Sequence record: PZ445448.1
Source: a phage
Direction: 5' to 3' (one strand)
Length of the DNA stretch: 64,000 nt
The position numbers and the translations under genes are program-made. Within the stretch, counting starts at the first letter, position 1, and each line of letters starts with the position of its first letter. Positions 36,152 to 46,306 of the stretch are shown one piece after another. The notes beneath the pieces were generated by a model that saw nothing but the letters and a program-made list of their open reading frames with translations, searched no databases and was not told where the DNA came from.

Positions 36152-36625
36152 CTAGTCTACCTGAACCCAACCGCCTGATACTTTTTTAAACATTCTTTGG
36201 TTATCACTGCCTCGGAACGGTTTCTTGGTTGGTAAATCTTTTACATACTTACCGTCAATGATGATATCAGCCAGTTTAAGAACATCACTAGAGATATGGT
36301 CAAATGTGAACCCAGTATATACAAGAATAGTTTTCTTGTCACCAAATTTTTCCTTAATTTTCTCCATCAGGCTAATAATATCTGGCTCATTATAGTATGC
36401 TAAGGGTTCTCCACCCAGCAGAGAGATACCGCACACAGACGGGTTATCTAAATCTGACAAGATTTTTTGCAAGTCTTCTTCAGTGAACTCCCTCCCCTTA
36501 TCTTTTGACCAAAATGCCTGATTAAAGCAACCAGGGCAAGCGTGTGGGCACCCAGATACCCACAAGGCAGTTCTAATACCTGGCCCTTCGGTGTAAGATA
36601 TTTCTGTGTATCCGACAATGTTCAT
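36152..36625 (-). CDS. nrdG: anaerobic ribonucleotide reductase activating protein (radical SAM)
   Basis: CPHACPGC radical-SAM cysteine motif; adjacent to nrdD. Confidence 0.75.
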   Translation of the reverse strand: MNIVGYTEISYTEGPGIRTALWVSGCPHACPGCFNQAFWSKDKGREFTEEDLQKILSDLDNPSVCGISLLGGEPLAYYNEPDIISLMEKIKEKFGDKKTILVYTGFTFDHISSDVLKLADIIIDGKYVKDLPTKKPFRGSDNQRMFKKVSGGWVQVD

Positions 36626-36738
36626 AGATACTCCGCATCACATTTAGGGCAATGCCAAATAAAATCGTCTAGTGCCTTGCACCAACGAAGATTGCAACTA
36701 CATCCGCACTTGCAAATTTTATAAATACCTGATGACAT
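36622..36738 (-). CDS. Cys-rich mini-protein (38 aa), probable zinc ribbon
   Basis: AGGAGGTG SD; CKCGCSC...C...HCPKC; stop overlaps nrdG ATG. Confidence 0.45.
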   Translation of the reverse strand: MSSGIYKICKCGCSCNLRWCKALDDFIWHCPKCDAEYL

Positions 36739-36801
36739 ACTGCACCTCCTAGCTCACTGTGTGTCAATAATATGCCACATCCTTGTGGCTTTTGTCAAGA
36801 A

Positions 36802-38010
36802 TCAGCAACCACAACTTCCGTAGTGCTTAACTCGCTCGATAACTTCCGCTTGCTTACCTTTATTGTAAGGACGGGAGTTAGGACTGGAAAGATATCCAGA
36901 CACTCTTCGGATCACTGAGATATATTGTTCATCGTGGCATCCGCACGCAGGGCAGCAGAACCCTTTAGCTGTTGCACTGAACTCACCAGAGAAACCACAC
37001 TTGAGACATTTATCCACAGGTTGGTTAATACCAAAATACATAATGTGTTTATACCCGAAGTCAACAAGAGCCTCTAAAGCATCCAAGTTGTTTTTCAGGT
37101 TAGGTGTCTCTACGTATCCGATGTTGCCACCAGAGGAGATCATAGCAAAACCTTCCTCATACTCCCACTTATCAAAAGGAGAGCTATTTATCCATACTGG
37201 CTGATGGAAACTGTTGGTGAGATATTCATGCTCGTGCTTCAACACTTCCGGATATTCACGATCCAGACAGGTTGCAGCTTTATAGCATAGACTCTCAGAA
37301 GGAGTGCCGTACAAGCTAAACGCTAGTCTACTTTCCTTCTTGTATCGCTCACAAGCATCTCTCATGTGCTGAAGGATTCCAAGAGCTAAAGCCTTGTCAC
37401 CCTCTCTACCCAAAATCTGACAGGTTTCATACACACCAATATACCCAATACTGATGGAAGCGTACCCGTCATAGAAGAGTTTATCAATACTCTCTTCAGG
37501 ATCCAGGCGAGCAAGAGCTCCTTCACACCACATGATTGGGTTCTGCCCTGCCTTTGTTCCTTTTAGACGGTTAACCCTTACAAGGTGAGCCTCGTATGCA
37601 AGATCCAAGTATTCGTCAAGAACTGCAAAGAAATCAACACCTTCCGTCTTAGCTTTTGCCGCAATCATTGGTAGGTTAAGGCTAACAACGCCTAAGTTAA
37701 ATCTGCCAAGATATTTCTCCTCGCCTGTTTCCAAGTCACTGTATTTGCTAAGAAAACTCCGGCAACCCATGCTCGTTACTTTGCCATCTGTCGAGCCTGT
37801 CACTTTTCTATTTAGTGGTACAGATACGAAGTCAGGGTAGATACGTTCTGCACAGCATTCCAGAGCTAATCGTTTCAAATCATAGTTAGGATCCTCAGGG
37901 TTCATGTTGACACCCTCTTCTAGGAAGAACAGCACTTTAGGGAACACAGGTGTGATCCGTTCTTCACCAAGACCCATTTTGTGGACTTTCAAGTAATTTT
38001 TGGTAATCAT
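36802..38010 (-). CDS. nrdD: anaerobic ribonucleoside-triphosphate reductase, C-terminal exon (boundary approximate)
   Basis: C-terminal CCPACGC zinc site and glycyl-radical-type RRVSGYL motif. Confidence 0.7.
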   Translation of the reverse strand: MITKNYLKVHKMGLGEERITPVFPKVLFFLEEGVNMNPEDPNYDLKRLALECCAERIYPDFVSVPLNRKVTGSTDGKVTSMGCRSFLSKYSDLETGEEKYLGRFNLGVVSLNLPMIAAKAKTEGVDFFAVLDEYLDLAYEAHLVRVNRLKGTKAGQNPIMWCEGALARLDPEESIDKLFYDGYASISIGYIGVYETCQILGREGDKALALGILQHMRDACERYKKESRLAFSLYGTPSESLCYKAATCLDREYPEVLKHEHEYLTNSFHQPVWINSSPFDKWEYEEGFAMISSGGNIGYVETPNLKNNLDALEALVDFGYKHIMYFGINQPVDKCLKCGFSGEFSATAKGFCCPACGCHDEQYISVIRRVSGYLSSPNSRPYNKGKQAEVIERVKHYGSCGC

Positions 38011-38318
38011 TCTACCAAAGACCGAGGTATCCAGTCCTAAACTTAATGTGATAAAAGGGGTTTGCGGTCCCCACCCTTATGTTTCCACAAGGCCAGACTA
38101 TCTCTTGCCTGAAATCACACCGTGTGATTCTTAATCAGACCCCTGCGTTTCGGAATCTTCCATAATCCCTACACCAAAAGGTTAGTCGTTACAACCGCCT
38201 CACTCCTTGTGAAGCTAGTCACGGGATTGGCATAGCTTTCGCCTTAGCGTTCCCCGTTAGCCAGCGATCAGCTGACCCCTCATACTAAGGTTAGCAGAGT
38301 TTTAAAACGGCCAGTTTG
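38011..38318 (-). other. candidate self-splicing group I intron interrupting nrdD (exact splice sites not determined)
   Basis: about 308-bp ORF-less GC-rich hairpin-dense insert between two halves of nrdD; AGATAGTCTGG element; ACCTCGGT repeated at both flanks. Confidence 0.5.
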
Positions 38319-39182
38319 TTAACCGTTTACCGAGGTTAGTGTGTTGATCTGATAAAGCAACGTCTGCATGCTGTCAAACACGTCTTTATCTGTCATTTGC
38401 ATTGCAACAGTCTCAGCATCTGGCAACCAATGTTCCTGGCAAAATTTAAGGTTCTTCTCATAAGTCGCCTCAGCATACTGTGCCAAATAATGGTCAATAT
38501 GGCTCATAGTCTGACCCCCATATTGAGCACTAGCTACTGCACTAGAGATTTGGCTAAGGATTGTTGTTGCAACCCCTATTGACTTCGGCTTACTGACATG
38601 GGCGTTACCAATGTTGAATCCGTTTTCCAACATATCTGGATAATTTACCAAACAACAGTTTGTTAACGGACTGATCAAGTAGTCAAGATCATGCACATGG
38701 ATGAAGCCTTTATTGTGCTCTTCTGAAACACGGTCTGGCAGGATCTGTGTTGATGCAAGGTGTTTGCTAAGGATGCCTGCAAGCAGGTCACGATGAGTGT
38801 GTACATGATTGGTAGGCTTATTTGCGTTTTCTTTTGTAAATTCATCACAAGTTCGATCCAAGAAGCCACTAATATCTGCAAGCAGTTTTCCACCTGCCTC
38901 TCTGTTATTATCTCTTGTCTGTCTATACTGGATGTATTCTCTGGCTGCACATTTTAAACCCATATCCATAAGAGCATCTTCAACAAGGATATGGATATTT
39001 TTTACAGAGATCGTGCACTGGTCGGTTGGTAGATTGTTAGCAACAACTTCATTAACCGCGCAGGCGATCCGGTAAGCTTCTTCTTCAGTATGTCCAGACT
39101 CAAGTAAGGCGGACTCTGCCGCCTTGATCACCTTAATTCCGTTATAGAACTCTTCTCTACCGTCCCGTTTTACAACTTTCAC
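38319..39182 (-). CDS. nrdD: anaerobic ribonucleoside-triphosphate reductase, N-terminal exon (boundary approximate)
   Basis: N-terminal ATP-cone-like segment MKVVKRDGREEFYNGIKVIKA; in-frame stop lies inside the presumed intron. Confidence 0.7.
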   Translation of the reverse strand: MKVVKRDGREEFYNGIKVIKAAESALLESGHTEEEAYRIACAVNEVVANNLPTDQCTISVKNIHILVEDALMDMGLKCAAREYIQYRQTRDNNREAGGKLLADISGFLDRTCDEFTKENANKPTNHVHTHRDLLAGILSKHLASTQILPDRVSEEHNKGFIHVHDLDYLISPLTNCCLVNYPDMLENGFNIGNAHVSKPKSIGVATTILSQISSAVASAQYGGQTMSHIDHYLAQYAEATYEKNLKFCQEHWLPDAETVAMQMTDKDVFDSMQTLLYQINTLTSVNG

Positions 39183-39457
39183 TTTTTCTCTCCAAAACCA
39201 TTCTTAACAAAAGAGATGAAATCGTCGGCACCGCCTATATGGACACTGTCAAGATCGCTTTCTAAGAAGATCTGCGGCAACGTTCTGGGGACAATTGGAC
39301 TGCACTTCTCAATAAGCTCTTCTTTTGTGTAGCCCTCGCCAAGTGTCTTATATACAAAAGGCAGACCTTTGCTGATTGCAAATTCTTTTGCTCTGACACA
39401 ATGTGGGCAGTTATCCTTACCGTAAATGATGATGAAAAAAGATTTTTCGCAGCTCAT
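39179..39457 (-). CDS. glutaredoxin-like redoxin (CPHC)
   Basis: YGKDNCPHCVRAKEF active-site motif; between nrdB and nrdD. Confidence 0.7.
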   Translation of the reverse strand: MSCEKSFFIIIYGKDNCPHCVRAKEFAISKGLPFVYKTLGEGYTKEELIEKCSPIVPRTLPQIFLESDLDSVHIGGADDFISFVKNGFGEKK

Positions 39458-39460
39458 ATA

Positions 39461-40549
39461 TTAAAACTCCCAAATTTCTTCTTCAGCGTCGTTAACAGTT
39501 GTGTTGACGCGGTAGTCAGTGTTCGACATTTCTTGGTTCGCCGTCTGTTGTAATGAAGGTTTCATCCACACCTGCATAAACGGTAGCGGGTCCTTTGTTG
39601 GCGGCACAAAGTCTTTGTCGATGTCGTAGTAATCATAAATCGGTGAGCAGTTATAGTCAACCCACTCTTTAAGCAACGGTGAGTTAAGACCTATAATCGC
39701 TCTTCCTTCGCTGAAAATATAGTCACTCCAACCGTACTCTTTGGTTCGTACTTCATCAAGAATCTCTTTTAACTCCCCCTTTATCTCAAGGAAGCTTTTC
39801 TCCCATGCGGGATCATTAAGCAAGATATCAATGATGGCAAAATCACCTTTCGAATGTAGCATTTCGTCAAGCATGATTTTTTGAACAAGCTGCGCCACCT
39901 GAACAAAGATACCCTGTTCAGCTACTGCGAAAGTGCATGCAAAACTTGCAATAAACTCAATACTTTCCAGAGCTAAAAGCGCAAAAAGCGCTCTAAGAAT
40001 GCATTTCCGCACAATATCTTCTTCAACACTAGAAGGATCCAGGCGGTATTTTGCACCAATAACCTCAAGCTCTTGCATGTATTTGACAATAACGCCGGAT
40101 CTGCTCAGAACGTTTTGGTTTTCCTGAATCTCTTCTATAATCTCACGGGCATTGGGGAGGCATTGTCTAACAATCTCTGAGTAAGTTAGTGCGTGAAGAA
40201 CTTCAATCTCTGACTGTTTCATCAATAGAGTGAAAAGCTCACTATTAGTGATGAATGGTGAAAAGAGGCAGATGATCGATCTTGCCGCAACGCTATCAGC
40301 CTCCCATTGCCACATCAAGGTCTGCACCATCACGTCATAAGTTGACTTTGAGCATGTTACAAAATCTGAAATAGATTGCGACAAATCCACTTCATCCTCT
40401 GCCCAATCTTGCTCTTTTTGTTTTTTGTATAGTTCAAACAGTTGTGGATATTTTTTGTTGATAGAGTCGTACATACCCATTTGCTGTCCCAGAAACAGCG
40501 GATAGTCACCAGTTTTATGAGCGGTGTTCTCAGCATTAAATACAGCCAT
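39461..40549 (-). CDS. nrdB: ribonucleotide reductase class Ia small subunit
   Basis: ferritin-like di-iron protein immediately downstream of nrdA. Confidence 0.75.
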   Translation of the reverse strand: MAVFNAENTAHKTGDYPLFLGQQMGMYDSINKKYPQLFELYKKQKEQDWAEDEVDLSQSISDFVTCSKSTYDVMVQTLMWQWEADSVAARSIICLFSPFITNSELFTLLMKQSEIEVLHALTYSEIVRQCLPNAREIIEEIQENQNVLSRSGVIVKYMQELEVIGAKYRLDPSSVEEDIVRKCILRALFALLALESIEFIASFACTFAVAEQGIFVQVAQLVQKIMLDEMLHSKGDFAIIDILLNDPAWEKSFLEIKGELKEILDEVRTKEYGWSDYIFSEGRAIIGLNSPLLKEWVDYNCSPIYDYYDIDKDFVPPTKDPLPFMQVWMKPSLQQTANQEMSNTDYRVNTTVNDAEEEIWEF

Positions 40550-40560
40550 TATTCTACCTC

Positions 40561-40581
40561 TAAAATGGGGCCGGAAGCCCC
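40561..40581 (-). terminator. possible attenuator/terminator between nrdA and nrdB
   Basis: GGGGCTTCCGGCCCC followed by ATTTTA on minus strand. Confidence 0.35.
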
Positions 40582-40588
40582 TTTAAAA

Positions 40589-42904
40589 TTATAGTGCACA
40601 GCTTTCGCAATACGGATCTTCAACTGAACTATCTGCAATCAAAGGATAGTTCTTTCTGGTTTCATCTTCAGCCTGTTTCTTGGCATGAAGTTCCTCTGCC
40701 AAGGAGTCACCAGCACCAACCCTAGAGTTTAAATAATACCATGTCTTCATCCCGAATTTAGTGGCACGGATAAGGTACCCTAACTGCTCCTTCATTGAAA
40801 TTTTACCATCTTTCAACTTGGTGTAGTCTATGTATAAATCCGCGCTGATTGCCTGACCTGTGAATTTTTGAATCACGGCATACATATCGATCATGTCGTT
40901 AGTATCAACGTCCCAAGCCGAAGTGTAATACTCTTTCAACTCATCATAGTCAGGAACGATAAACAGCACCTGCCCTTGTGGCGACTTTTTAAAGATAATG
41001 TGCTCACGGACAGGATAAACCCCGTTAGTGGTGTTTGTTGCCAGCGAAGAGCTTTCATTAGGCATATATGCTTCAAGAACGCTATTACGTAGCCCACCAT
41101 TTTCAACGATTTCTTTACGTAACCCTTCCCAATCCTGTTTAAGAGAAGGATCTTTCACCACGCTATCGACCTCTTTGTTATAGGTGTCGATTGGTAACCA
41201 ACCTTCTGGATATTTTGTTTTATGCATCCACTCGCAGACACCACGCTCTTTTGCCAACCGTAAACTTGCCTTATGCAAGCTGTAGCTGTGAAGTTCTGCA
41301 AGATCGTGAACGAGCTGTTTACTTTCAGGAGATCCGTAAGTAACCTTGTGGCTGGCAATAAAATGTGCAACATTGGTAAGGCCAACCCCGATGGATCTGC
41401 GTTTTTTAACTGTGCTTTCCATATTTTCATACGGATATGTCATGATTTCCATAACATTGTCAATCATAAGCACCGTATAGTATGCAACATCCTCATACTC
41501 CTCTGGAGTAACCCTCCCAGCTACAAGAGATGACAGGAAGCACAATGCAACCTCTCCATCATCAGCATCGTACTTGAAGATATTACGCATATCTGAATAG
41601 CCTTTTGTCGGGAGGGCTATTTCTGCACACAGGTTACTTGAATAGATCACATCTTTAAAAGGTGTATGTCTATTCATCTCATCTGTCCAGTATACATACA
41701 GCCTTCCCACCTCAGTACGCTGCGTGATCAGTTCAACAGCAAGATCTCTGGCCCGGATCCATGTTTTAGGAATACTGTCATCTTTAGCAATACGATCAAC
41801 CTCTGCATCAAACTCCTCCATAGACATGGTGAAGATACCCTCATGCAGTTGAGGCGCGTGCTTATAAGAAACAAGCATCCAATCCAAATTCTTAGCCACA
41901 CGGTTGATAAACGACCTATTAATACCGATGGAGTAGTCCATGGTGTTGATTCTTTTTGAAGCAACAGTCATAGGGTTTCTCAAACGGATTAGCTCATCAA
42001 TCTGCGGGTCCAGTGCAAGGAATGATACTGTTGCAGAACCGCCACGTGATTGTTGTCTGTTCTCCTTAACACCAGCATCAATACCTCGATAATATGGAAT
42101 CTTACCCATATGTTTAATAGTGTTACCACGAACACCATCGCCTGCAGATCTTGAGGATAAATAGTAGCCGATACCTGCCTGGTTAACCGTCATTGTGTAC
42201 GCAACTTCACGTGCCACGCCAATAGATTTTGCTGTATCGTCAGCTTTTATTACACAACAAGATGCATACCCTGTCTTACCTGTGCGCAGCCCGTTTAAGT
42301 ACGGTGTCGGGGCATTGATTTTTAAGTCGGACAGATAAGTGTATAATTTTACAACATCGTTGATACGACGTTCTTTCGGCATATTCTTCATGACAGCCAT
42401 TGCTATCCCCATAAACATCATCTGGGGAGATTCAAACAAGGTGTCTTTAAGAGTATCCTTGATCCCGTATTTGTCGCGAAACTGTTTAAGGACTGCATAG
42501 CCATAACCGAGATCTTTACTGTGGTCAATAACAGCGTCTAAAGTGTTTAGCTCGGTAAAGCTATAACCCATATCCTCCCAATACCCTTTCTCAACCATGG
42601 TATTGTAAAATGATGGTAAGGAAGGGATCTTTGTAAACCCTCCAAAAGCCTCTTTATAAATCTGACCAATAAGAACACGACCAGCCATACGGGAATGTGC
42701 TTCGTCTTTACGGCTAACACATGAGTCTATGATAGCTTGGTTAACTTCTTTGGTTGTACATCCATCATACAGTCGTTTGTATGCATCCAGTGCAATGTGT
42801 GACCAATTGCCGTTACCGTCGTCACCGAAAATAGCTGCCTTATTTAAACGTTCTGGATCGAATGCCACTTCACATCCGTTGCTTTTAATTACCTTGGTGA
42901 TCAA
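40589..42904 (-). CDS. nrdA: ribonucleotide reductase class Ia large subunit
   Basis: N-terminal ATP cone, NLCAEIALPT active-site region, C-terminal CESCAL. Confidence 0.85.
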   Translation of the reverse strand: MITKVIKSNGCEVAFDPERLNKAAIFGDDGNGNWSHIALDAYKRLYDGCTTKEVNQAIIDSCVSRKDEAHSRMAGRVLIGQIYKEAFGGFTKIPSLPSFYNTMVEKGYWEDMGYSFTELNTLDAVIDHSKDLGYGYAVLKQFRDKYGIKDTLKDTLFESPQMMFMGIAMAVMKNMPKERRINDVVKLYTYLSDLKINAPTPYLNGLRTGKTGYASCCVIKADDTAKSIGVAREVAYTMTVNQAGIGYYLSSRSAGDGVRGNTIKHMGKIPYYRGIDAGVKENRQQSRGGSATVSFLALDPQIDELIRLRNPMTVASKRINTMDYSIGINRSFINRVAKNLDWMLVSYKHAPQLHEGIFTMSMEEFDAEVDRIAKDDSIPKTWIRARDLAVELITQRTEVGRLYVYWTDEMNRHTPFKDVIYSSNLCAEIALPTKGYSDMRNIFKYDADDGEVALCFLSSLVAGRVTPEEYEDVAYYTVLMIDNVMEIMTYPYENMESTVKKRRSIGVGLTNVAHFIASHKVTYGSPESKQLVHDLAELHSYSLHKASLRLAKERGVCEWMHKTKYPEGWLPIDTYNKEVDSVVKDPSLKQDWEGLRKEIVENGGLRNSVLEAYMPNESSSLATNTTNGVYPVREHIIFKKSPQGQVLFIVPDYDELKEYYTSAWDVDTNDMIDMYAVIQKFTGQAISADLYIDYTKLKDGKISMKEQLGYLIRATKFGMKTWYYLNSRVGAGDSLAEELHAKKQAEDETRKNYPLIADSSVEDPYCESCAL

Positions 42905-43131
42905 TTTGCTTCCTCCACTTCACTAACGTATTTATCAAGGCAGGTATCAGTATCTTGCTGGATAAAAGTATCCTCTTCTACAGAGATATTTATAATTTTA
43001 CCTGTATACTCGTCATAATAGACATCATCATACATTTTAATATCGTTTGTCAGGCCATTGAACCAAAGCCAACCAACATACTCTGCCCGACTTGCAAAAC
43101 CAAGATCCTTCCACTTGGAGTTATGACTCAT
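42901..43131 (-). CDS. hypothetical protein (start at MSHNSKW)
   Basis: AAGGTGG SD before internal ATG. Confidence 0.4.
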   Translation of the reverse strand: MSHNSKWKDLGFASRAEYVGWLWFNGLTNDIKMYDDVYYDEYTGKIINISVEEDTFIQQDTDTCLDKYVSEVEEAN

Positions 43132-43141
43132 CTTCACCACC

Positions 43142-43603
43142 TTAGCTTTCAATACCGAATAATTTTTCCAGGCGATGCAGATCTTCAAAATTGAAAGGTT
43201 CATCAACAATATGAATATCTTCAGCCTTTTCAGATTGTTTTGTATACTTTCTTACATTAACACGATCCTCTACAGGGATATCATACGGGAGATCTTGAAC
43301 AAGCATTGCCTCACCAGGTGCTTTATCTACATCTAAAATATCTACACCGTTATACATTTGTGGGTATCTAAAGTCTGCACGCATGACACCAGCAAATACA
43401 TCTGCCTTTCGATAATGTGTTGGCTTATTTTTGCATCGAACGTTTTTTCCACGAAGAACATCAATACTTTTTAAATCAAACCCTACGGCAAAGAGTGCAG
43501 CTCGGAGACCGTTTCGTGTGCGAACGTTAAACCCGGGGACGGTAGATAGAAAATCTAAAGTAACTGAAATAAATGTCTTTTTAGGAATCATAACATTACT
43601 CAT
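43142..43603 (-). CDS. hypothetical protein (start at MSNVMIP)
   Basis: GGAGACAGAT-ATG; TTGACT..TATAAT promoter upstream. Confidence 0.4.
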   Translation of the reverse strand: MSNVMIPKKTFISVTLDFLSTVPGFNVRTRNGLRAALFAVGFDLKSIDVLRGKNVRCKNKPTHYRKADVFAGVMRADFRYPQMYNGVDILDVDKAPGEAMLVQDLPYDIPVEDRVNVRKYTKQSEKAEDIHIVDEPFNFEDLHRLEKLFGIES

Positions 43604-43701
43604 ATCTGTCTCCATTTCTGGCTCACCAACAAAGTGAGCCATTATTATAGATTATCTAATACTATTAGTCAACACAAAAGTTACCTATCGCTGTGATAGG
43701 A

Positions 43702-44685
43702 TTAACCTTTCACGAAGTGGTTATTAAGCAGTTGTCTGTGCTGAACCCACCCACAAAAGTTGGCAGACCAGAATTTACCATCACGGTCTTGATGGGTTAC
43801 ACCTTCCTGCCAAGTACTGATGTCTTGTGTGATTTCACATGAAGACAGGTAGTAGTTTAAACGTTCCATTGCATTATCGTGATCCATAGGTGTTGCCTGG
43901 TGCTCGTAAGGGCTTGCATGAATACGATCCCCACCAATCAATTTTTTAGCAACACTATCTGCCTTTTCAAACGTGCTGTCAATATTTCGATAAGATACTT
44001 GTGCACAGCAACTAGCACTGATAGACAGAGCTTCTTTAGTATCGAGAATGCAAAGCTTTCCTTCTGTGTCACGTACAGCGTAGTTAAACTCTCCGTCCAA
44101 ATAAACGTGCTCTACATATGGGGTGTGCCATTGACCCGGTTTAAGGATTTCAGGAGTGCTATTCTCAAGAGCCTCCCACATACAATTAGCTAACATCTGA
44201 ATCGTAGGATCCGCATCGTGCCAGCAACGGAGGTGGAAAAAATTATTCCACTCGGTGCTTGTTACAACTGTTTTCATGCGCTGGAACGGCTCCACTAAGC
44301 GGTTACATACTTGCTTATGGTAACCAGCAAGGGCGAACTTCTCTGCATGCCAAGCGGCGTTTTTTGCAGCTTCTTTCCAAAACTCTTCAGGAGTTAGCTC
44401 CATGTCAGTGTACTCTACACGGATCTTTTGATCGTGTTCCCCACCATCTTCCATTCCTCGCTTATTTACACCGAAGCGAACTGGCATTGCCGGATTCTCC
44501 ACAATCTGTTGCAGCATCTTTCCGACAGGCACTGCACGGGAAGACATGGCGTTTCGGCTGAACACTCGGTGCGTCATAAGCTCTGAGTGAATAATTCGAG
44601 GATACTCTAGCTCAAAAGTGGTGATGCGCTTACCTTTCTCGGAAATGCTGTCAGCAATGATCTTTGCAGTGCACAGTTTTAGCAT
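43702..44685 (-). CDS. thyX: flavin-dependent thymidylate synthase family protein
   Basis: THRVFSRNAMSSRA matches the ThyX RHRxxSxNxxSxR signature. Confidence 0.65.
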   Translation of the reverse strand: MLKLCTAKIIADSISEKGKRITTFELEYPRIIHSELMTHRVFSRNAMSSRAVPVGKMLQQIVENPAMPVRFGVNKRGMEDGGEHDQKIRVEYTDMELTPEEFWKEAAKNAAWHAEKFALAGYHKQVCNRLVEPFQRMKTVVTSTEWNNFFHLRCWHDADPTIQMLANCMWEALENSTPEILKPGQWHTPYVEHVYLDGEFNYAVRDTEGKLCILDTKEALSISASCCAQVSYRNIDSTFEKADSVAKKLIGGDRIHASPYEHQATPMDHDNAMERLNYYLSSCEITQDISTWQEGVTHQDRDGKFWSANFCGWVQHRQLLNNHFVKG

Positions 44686-44885
44686 TATTTAGCTCTCCTT
44701 GTTTTAATTTTGGAAATTTCGTCTGGGTTTATGTTGGCCTTAAATGCAAGGTATCTGTTGAACATATCGGAGCACATGTCTTGGGTGATCCTGGAGGCAT
44801 ACACCAGCTTACCTCCCAGATCATACACCTCTAGCCAGTCACCGTATCTGACTACAGGATCGCCACCTTTAGAACATCTGCCCAT
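44685..44885 (-). CDS. hypothetical small protein
   Basis: ORF in array. Confidence 0.4.
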   Translation of the reverse strand: MGRCSKGGDPVVRYGDWLEVYDLGGKLVYASRITQDMCSDMFNRYLAFKANINPDEISKIKTRRAK

Positions 44886-44886
44886 T

Positions 44887-45480
44887 TCAAATACCTTCTA
44901 AAAACTTTCCTATTTTATACCAGCTATTAGCGGTATAGTCAACACTGACCTTTAACTCCTCAAATTGCTCATAAGGCGTATCTTTTAGGATTTTAATAAC
45001 TTCAGGGCGTGAAGCGAATTGGTTCAGGTATTCATGCCTGTCGTCAATTATAACATCTACAGCCACATTTCCCTTGAAATGCGTGGCGTAGAAGCCGTGA
45101 CCCTGGGTGTGATCGTCCAGATCCATAAAATCACTAGTCCAACGCTTTAAGAACCTTGATTTAGATGCAAGGTGACCTTTCTTGCATACCGAGATAAATG
45201 CAAGCTTGTGACCACGAGCCACCAAATCTTTCATAACCTCAATAGCCCCCTCTTCAGGCTTAAGAAAGTCGTAGAGGAACGGGTCACTCCAGAAATCAAA
45301 AGGCCCTATGATGTTTTCTTTGGGGCGATCAGGCCAATACTTTGACAGATCGTAATACATTAACCCATTAGAAGGTTTAGTGACTGTCTTACTGGCTGGA
45401 CCATATAAACGCTCCAACCACTCCCACCATGCTGTTCCTGAATCTACCAGTGTCAAATCTACATCAATACCGATTAACAT
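44887..45480 (-). CDS. putative HAD-like phosphatase / deoxyribonucleotidase
   Basis: N-terminal IGIDVDLTLVDS resembles HAD motif I. Confidence 0.35.
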   Translation of the reverse strand: MLIGIDVDLTLVDSGTAWWEWLERLYGPASKTVTKPSNGLMYYDLSKYWPDRPKENIIGPFDFWSDPFLYDFLKPEEGAIEVMKDLVARGHKLAFISVCKKGHLASKSRFLKRWTSDFMDLDDHTQGHGFYATHFKGNVAVDVIIDDRHEYLNQFASRPEVIKILKDTPYEQFEELKVSVDYTANSWYKIGKFLEGI

Positions 45481-46088
45481 TCTTCTTGGGCCTCTTTAGC
45501 ATCAATATACTTGCACACAATCTCCGATGCACATTCCCAAGGTGCACCTTCAGGGTTTACAACATCGAACTCAATTCCTTTTATTCCGTTCTTTTCCAGA
45601 CTTAGATAGGTTCTGGAATCATTTCCCCAGTCATATCCGACACGGTGAATACGGAACAACAACAGATCTCCACCTGTGCTGTACGCGTACTCGCTAAGGC
45701 ATGCCAGCTCCTCTTTGAATCCACCATCGGAGTAAACAACAACCCCTTTACCTTTAGGGAAATCTTTCTTCAAAGATGCGACTGCGGCTTTACCGAAAGC
45801 ATCTTCACCAAAGATAGGTTTAATCAGATTTTCACTACAATGGATCATCCATTCTCGCGGAGAAACATGCTTGCCGTCTATCATTAAGAAAGGGCAAGGC
45901 TCTTCTTTGTAGTGGCGGTCATAAAGTGCATTCCAGAGTTGAGGAGTTACACCAGCTGCCTTAATTGCCACACTGAAGAGCATCTCCTTAACCTCACGGT
46001 GGTGTGAGTTAGGAATAGCTTCCAACAAGAGATCTGCAATGTGATCCTTACCACTGCTGGGTGGGGCGTTAAGAACAATAATATCCAT
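45474..46088 (-). CDS. putative deoxynucleoside monophosphate kinase (T4 gp1-like P-loop)
   Basis: P-loop NAPPSSGKD with GKD variant as in T4 dNMP kinase; GGAGGT SD. Confidence 0.45.
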   Translation of the reverse strand: MDIIVLNAPPSSGKDHIADLLLEAIPNSHHREVKEMLFSVAIKAAGVTPQLWNALYDRHYKEEPCPFLMIDGKHVSPREWMIHCSENLIKPIFGEDAFGKAAVASLKKDFPKGKGVVVYSDGGFKEELACLSEYAYSTGGDLLLFRIHRVGYDWGNDSRTYLSLEKNGIKGIEFDVVNPEGAPWECASEIVCKYIDAKEAQEEC

Positions 46089-46291
46089 CAAAAACCTCCG
46101 TGGTATTCTTCAACTGCATCAATAATACTTTTACACTTATCTACCAGCTCGTTAGCCACTACAGCATCGTCTTCCCAAACAGCTTCCTCGATCTGATCAA
46201 GCAATGATCGCATCTTACCCATCATTTCTGGGATAAAGTCTTCTGAAAAGCTGTCTGGAATTGTTAACTTTAGTGTCATTGCGTTCTCCAA
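46088..46291 (-). CDS. hypothetical small acidic protein
   Basis: ORF in array. Confidence 0.4.
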   Translation of the reverse strand: MENAMTLKLTIPDSFSEDFIPEMMGKMRSLLDQIEEAVWEDDAVVANELVDKCKSIIDAVEEYHGGF

Positions 46292-46306
46292 TCATACTAT
46301 GCGTTA

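Noticed and set aside
36802-39182. Reading the two nrdD ORFs as a frameshifted pseudogene
   Set aside because: The gap is about 308 bp of GC-rich structured sequence rather than a point frameshift, and both halves retain intact conserved motifs; an intron is the more economical explanation, though splicing is unproven.
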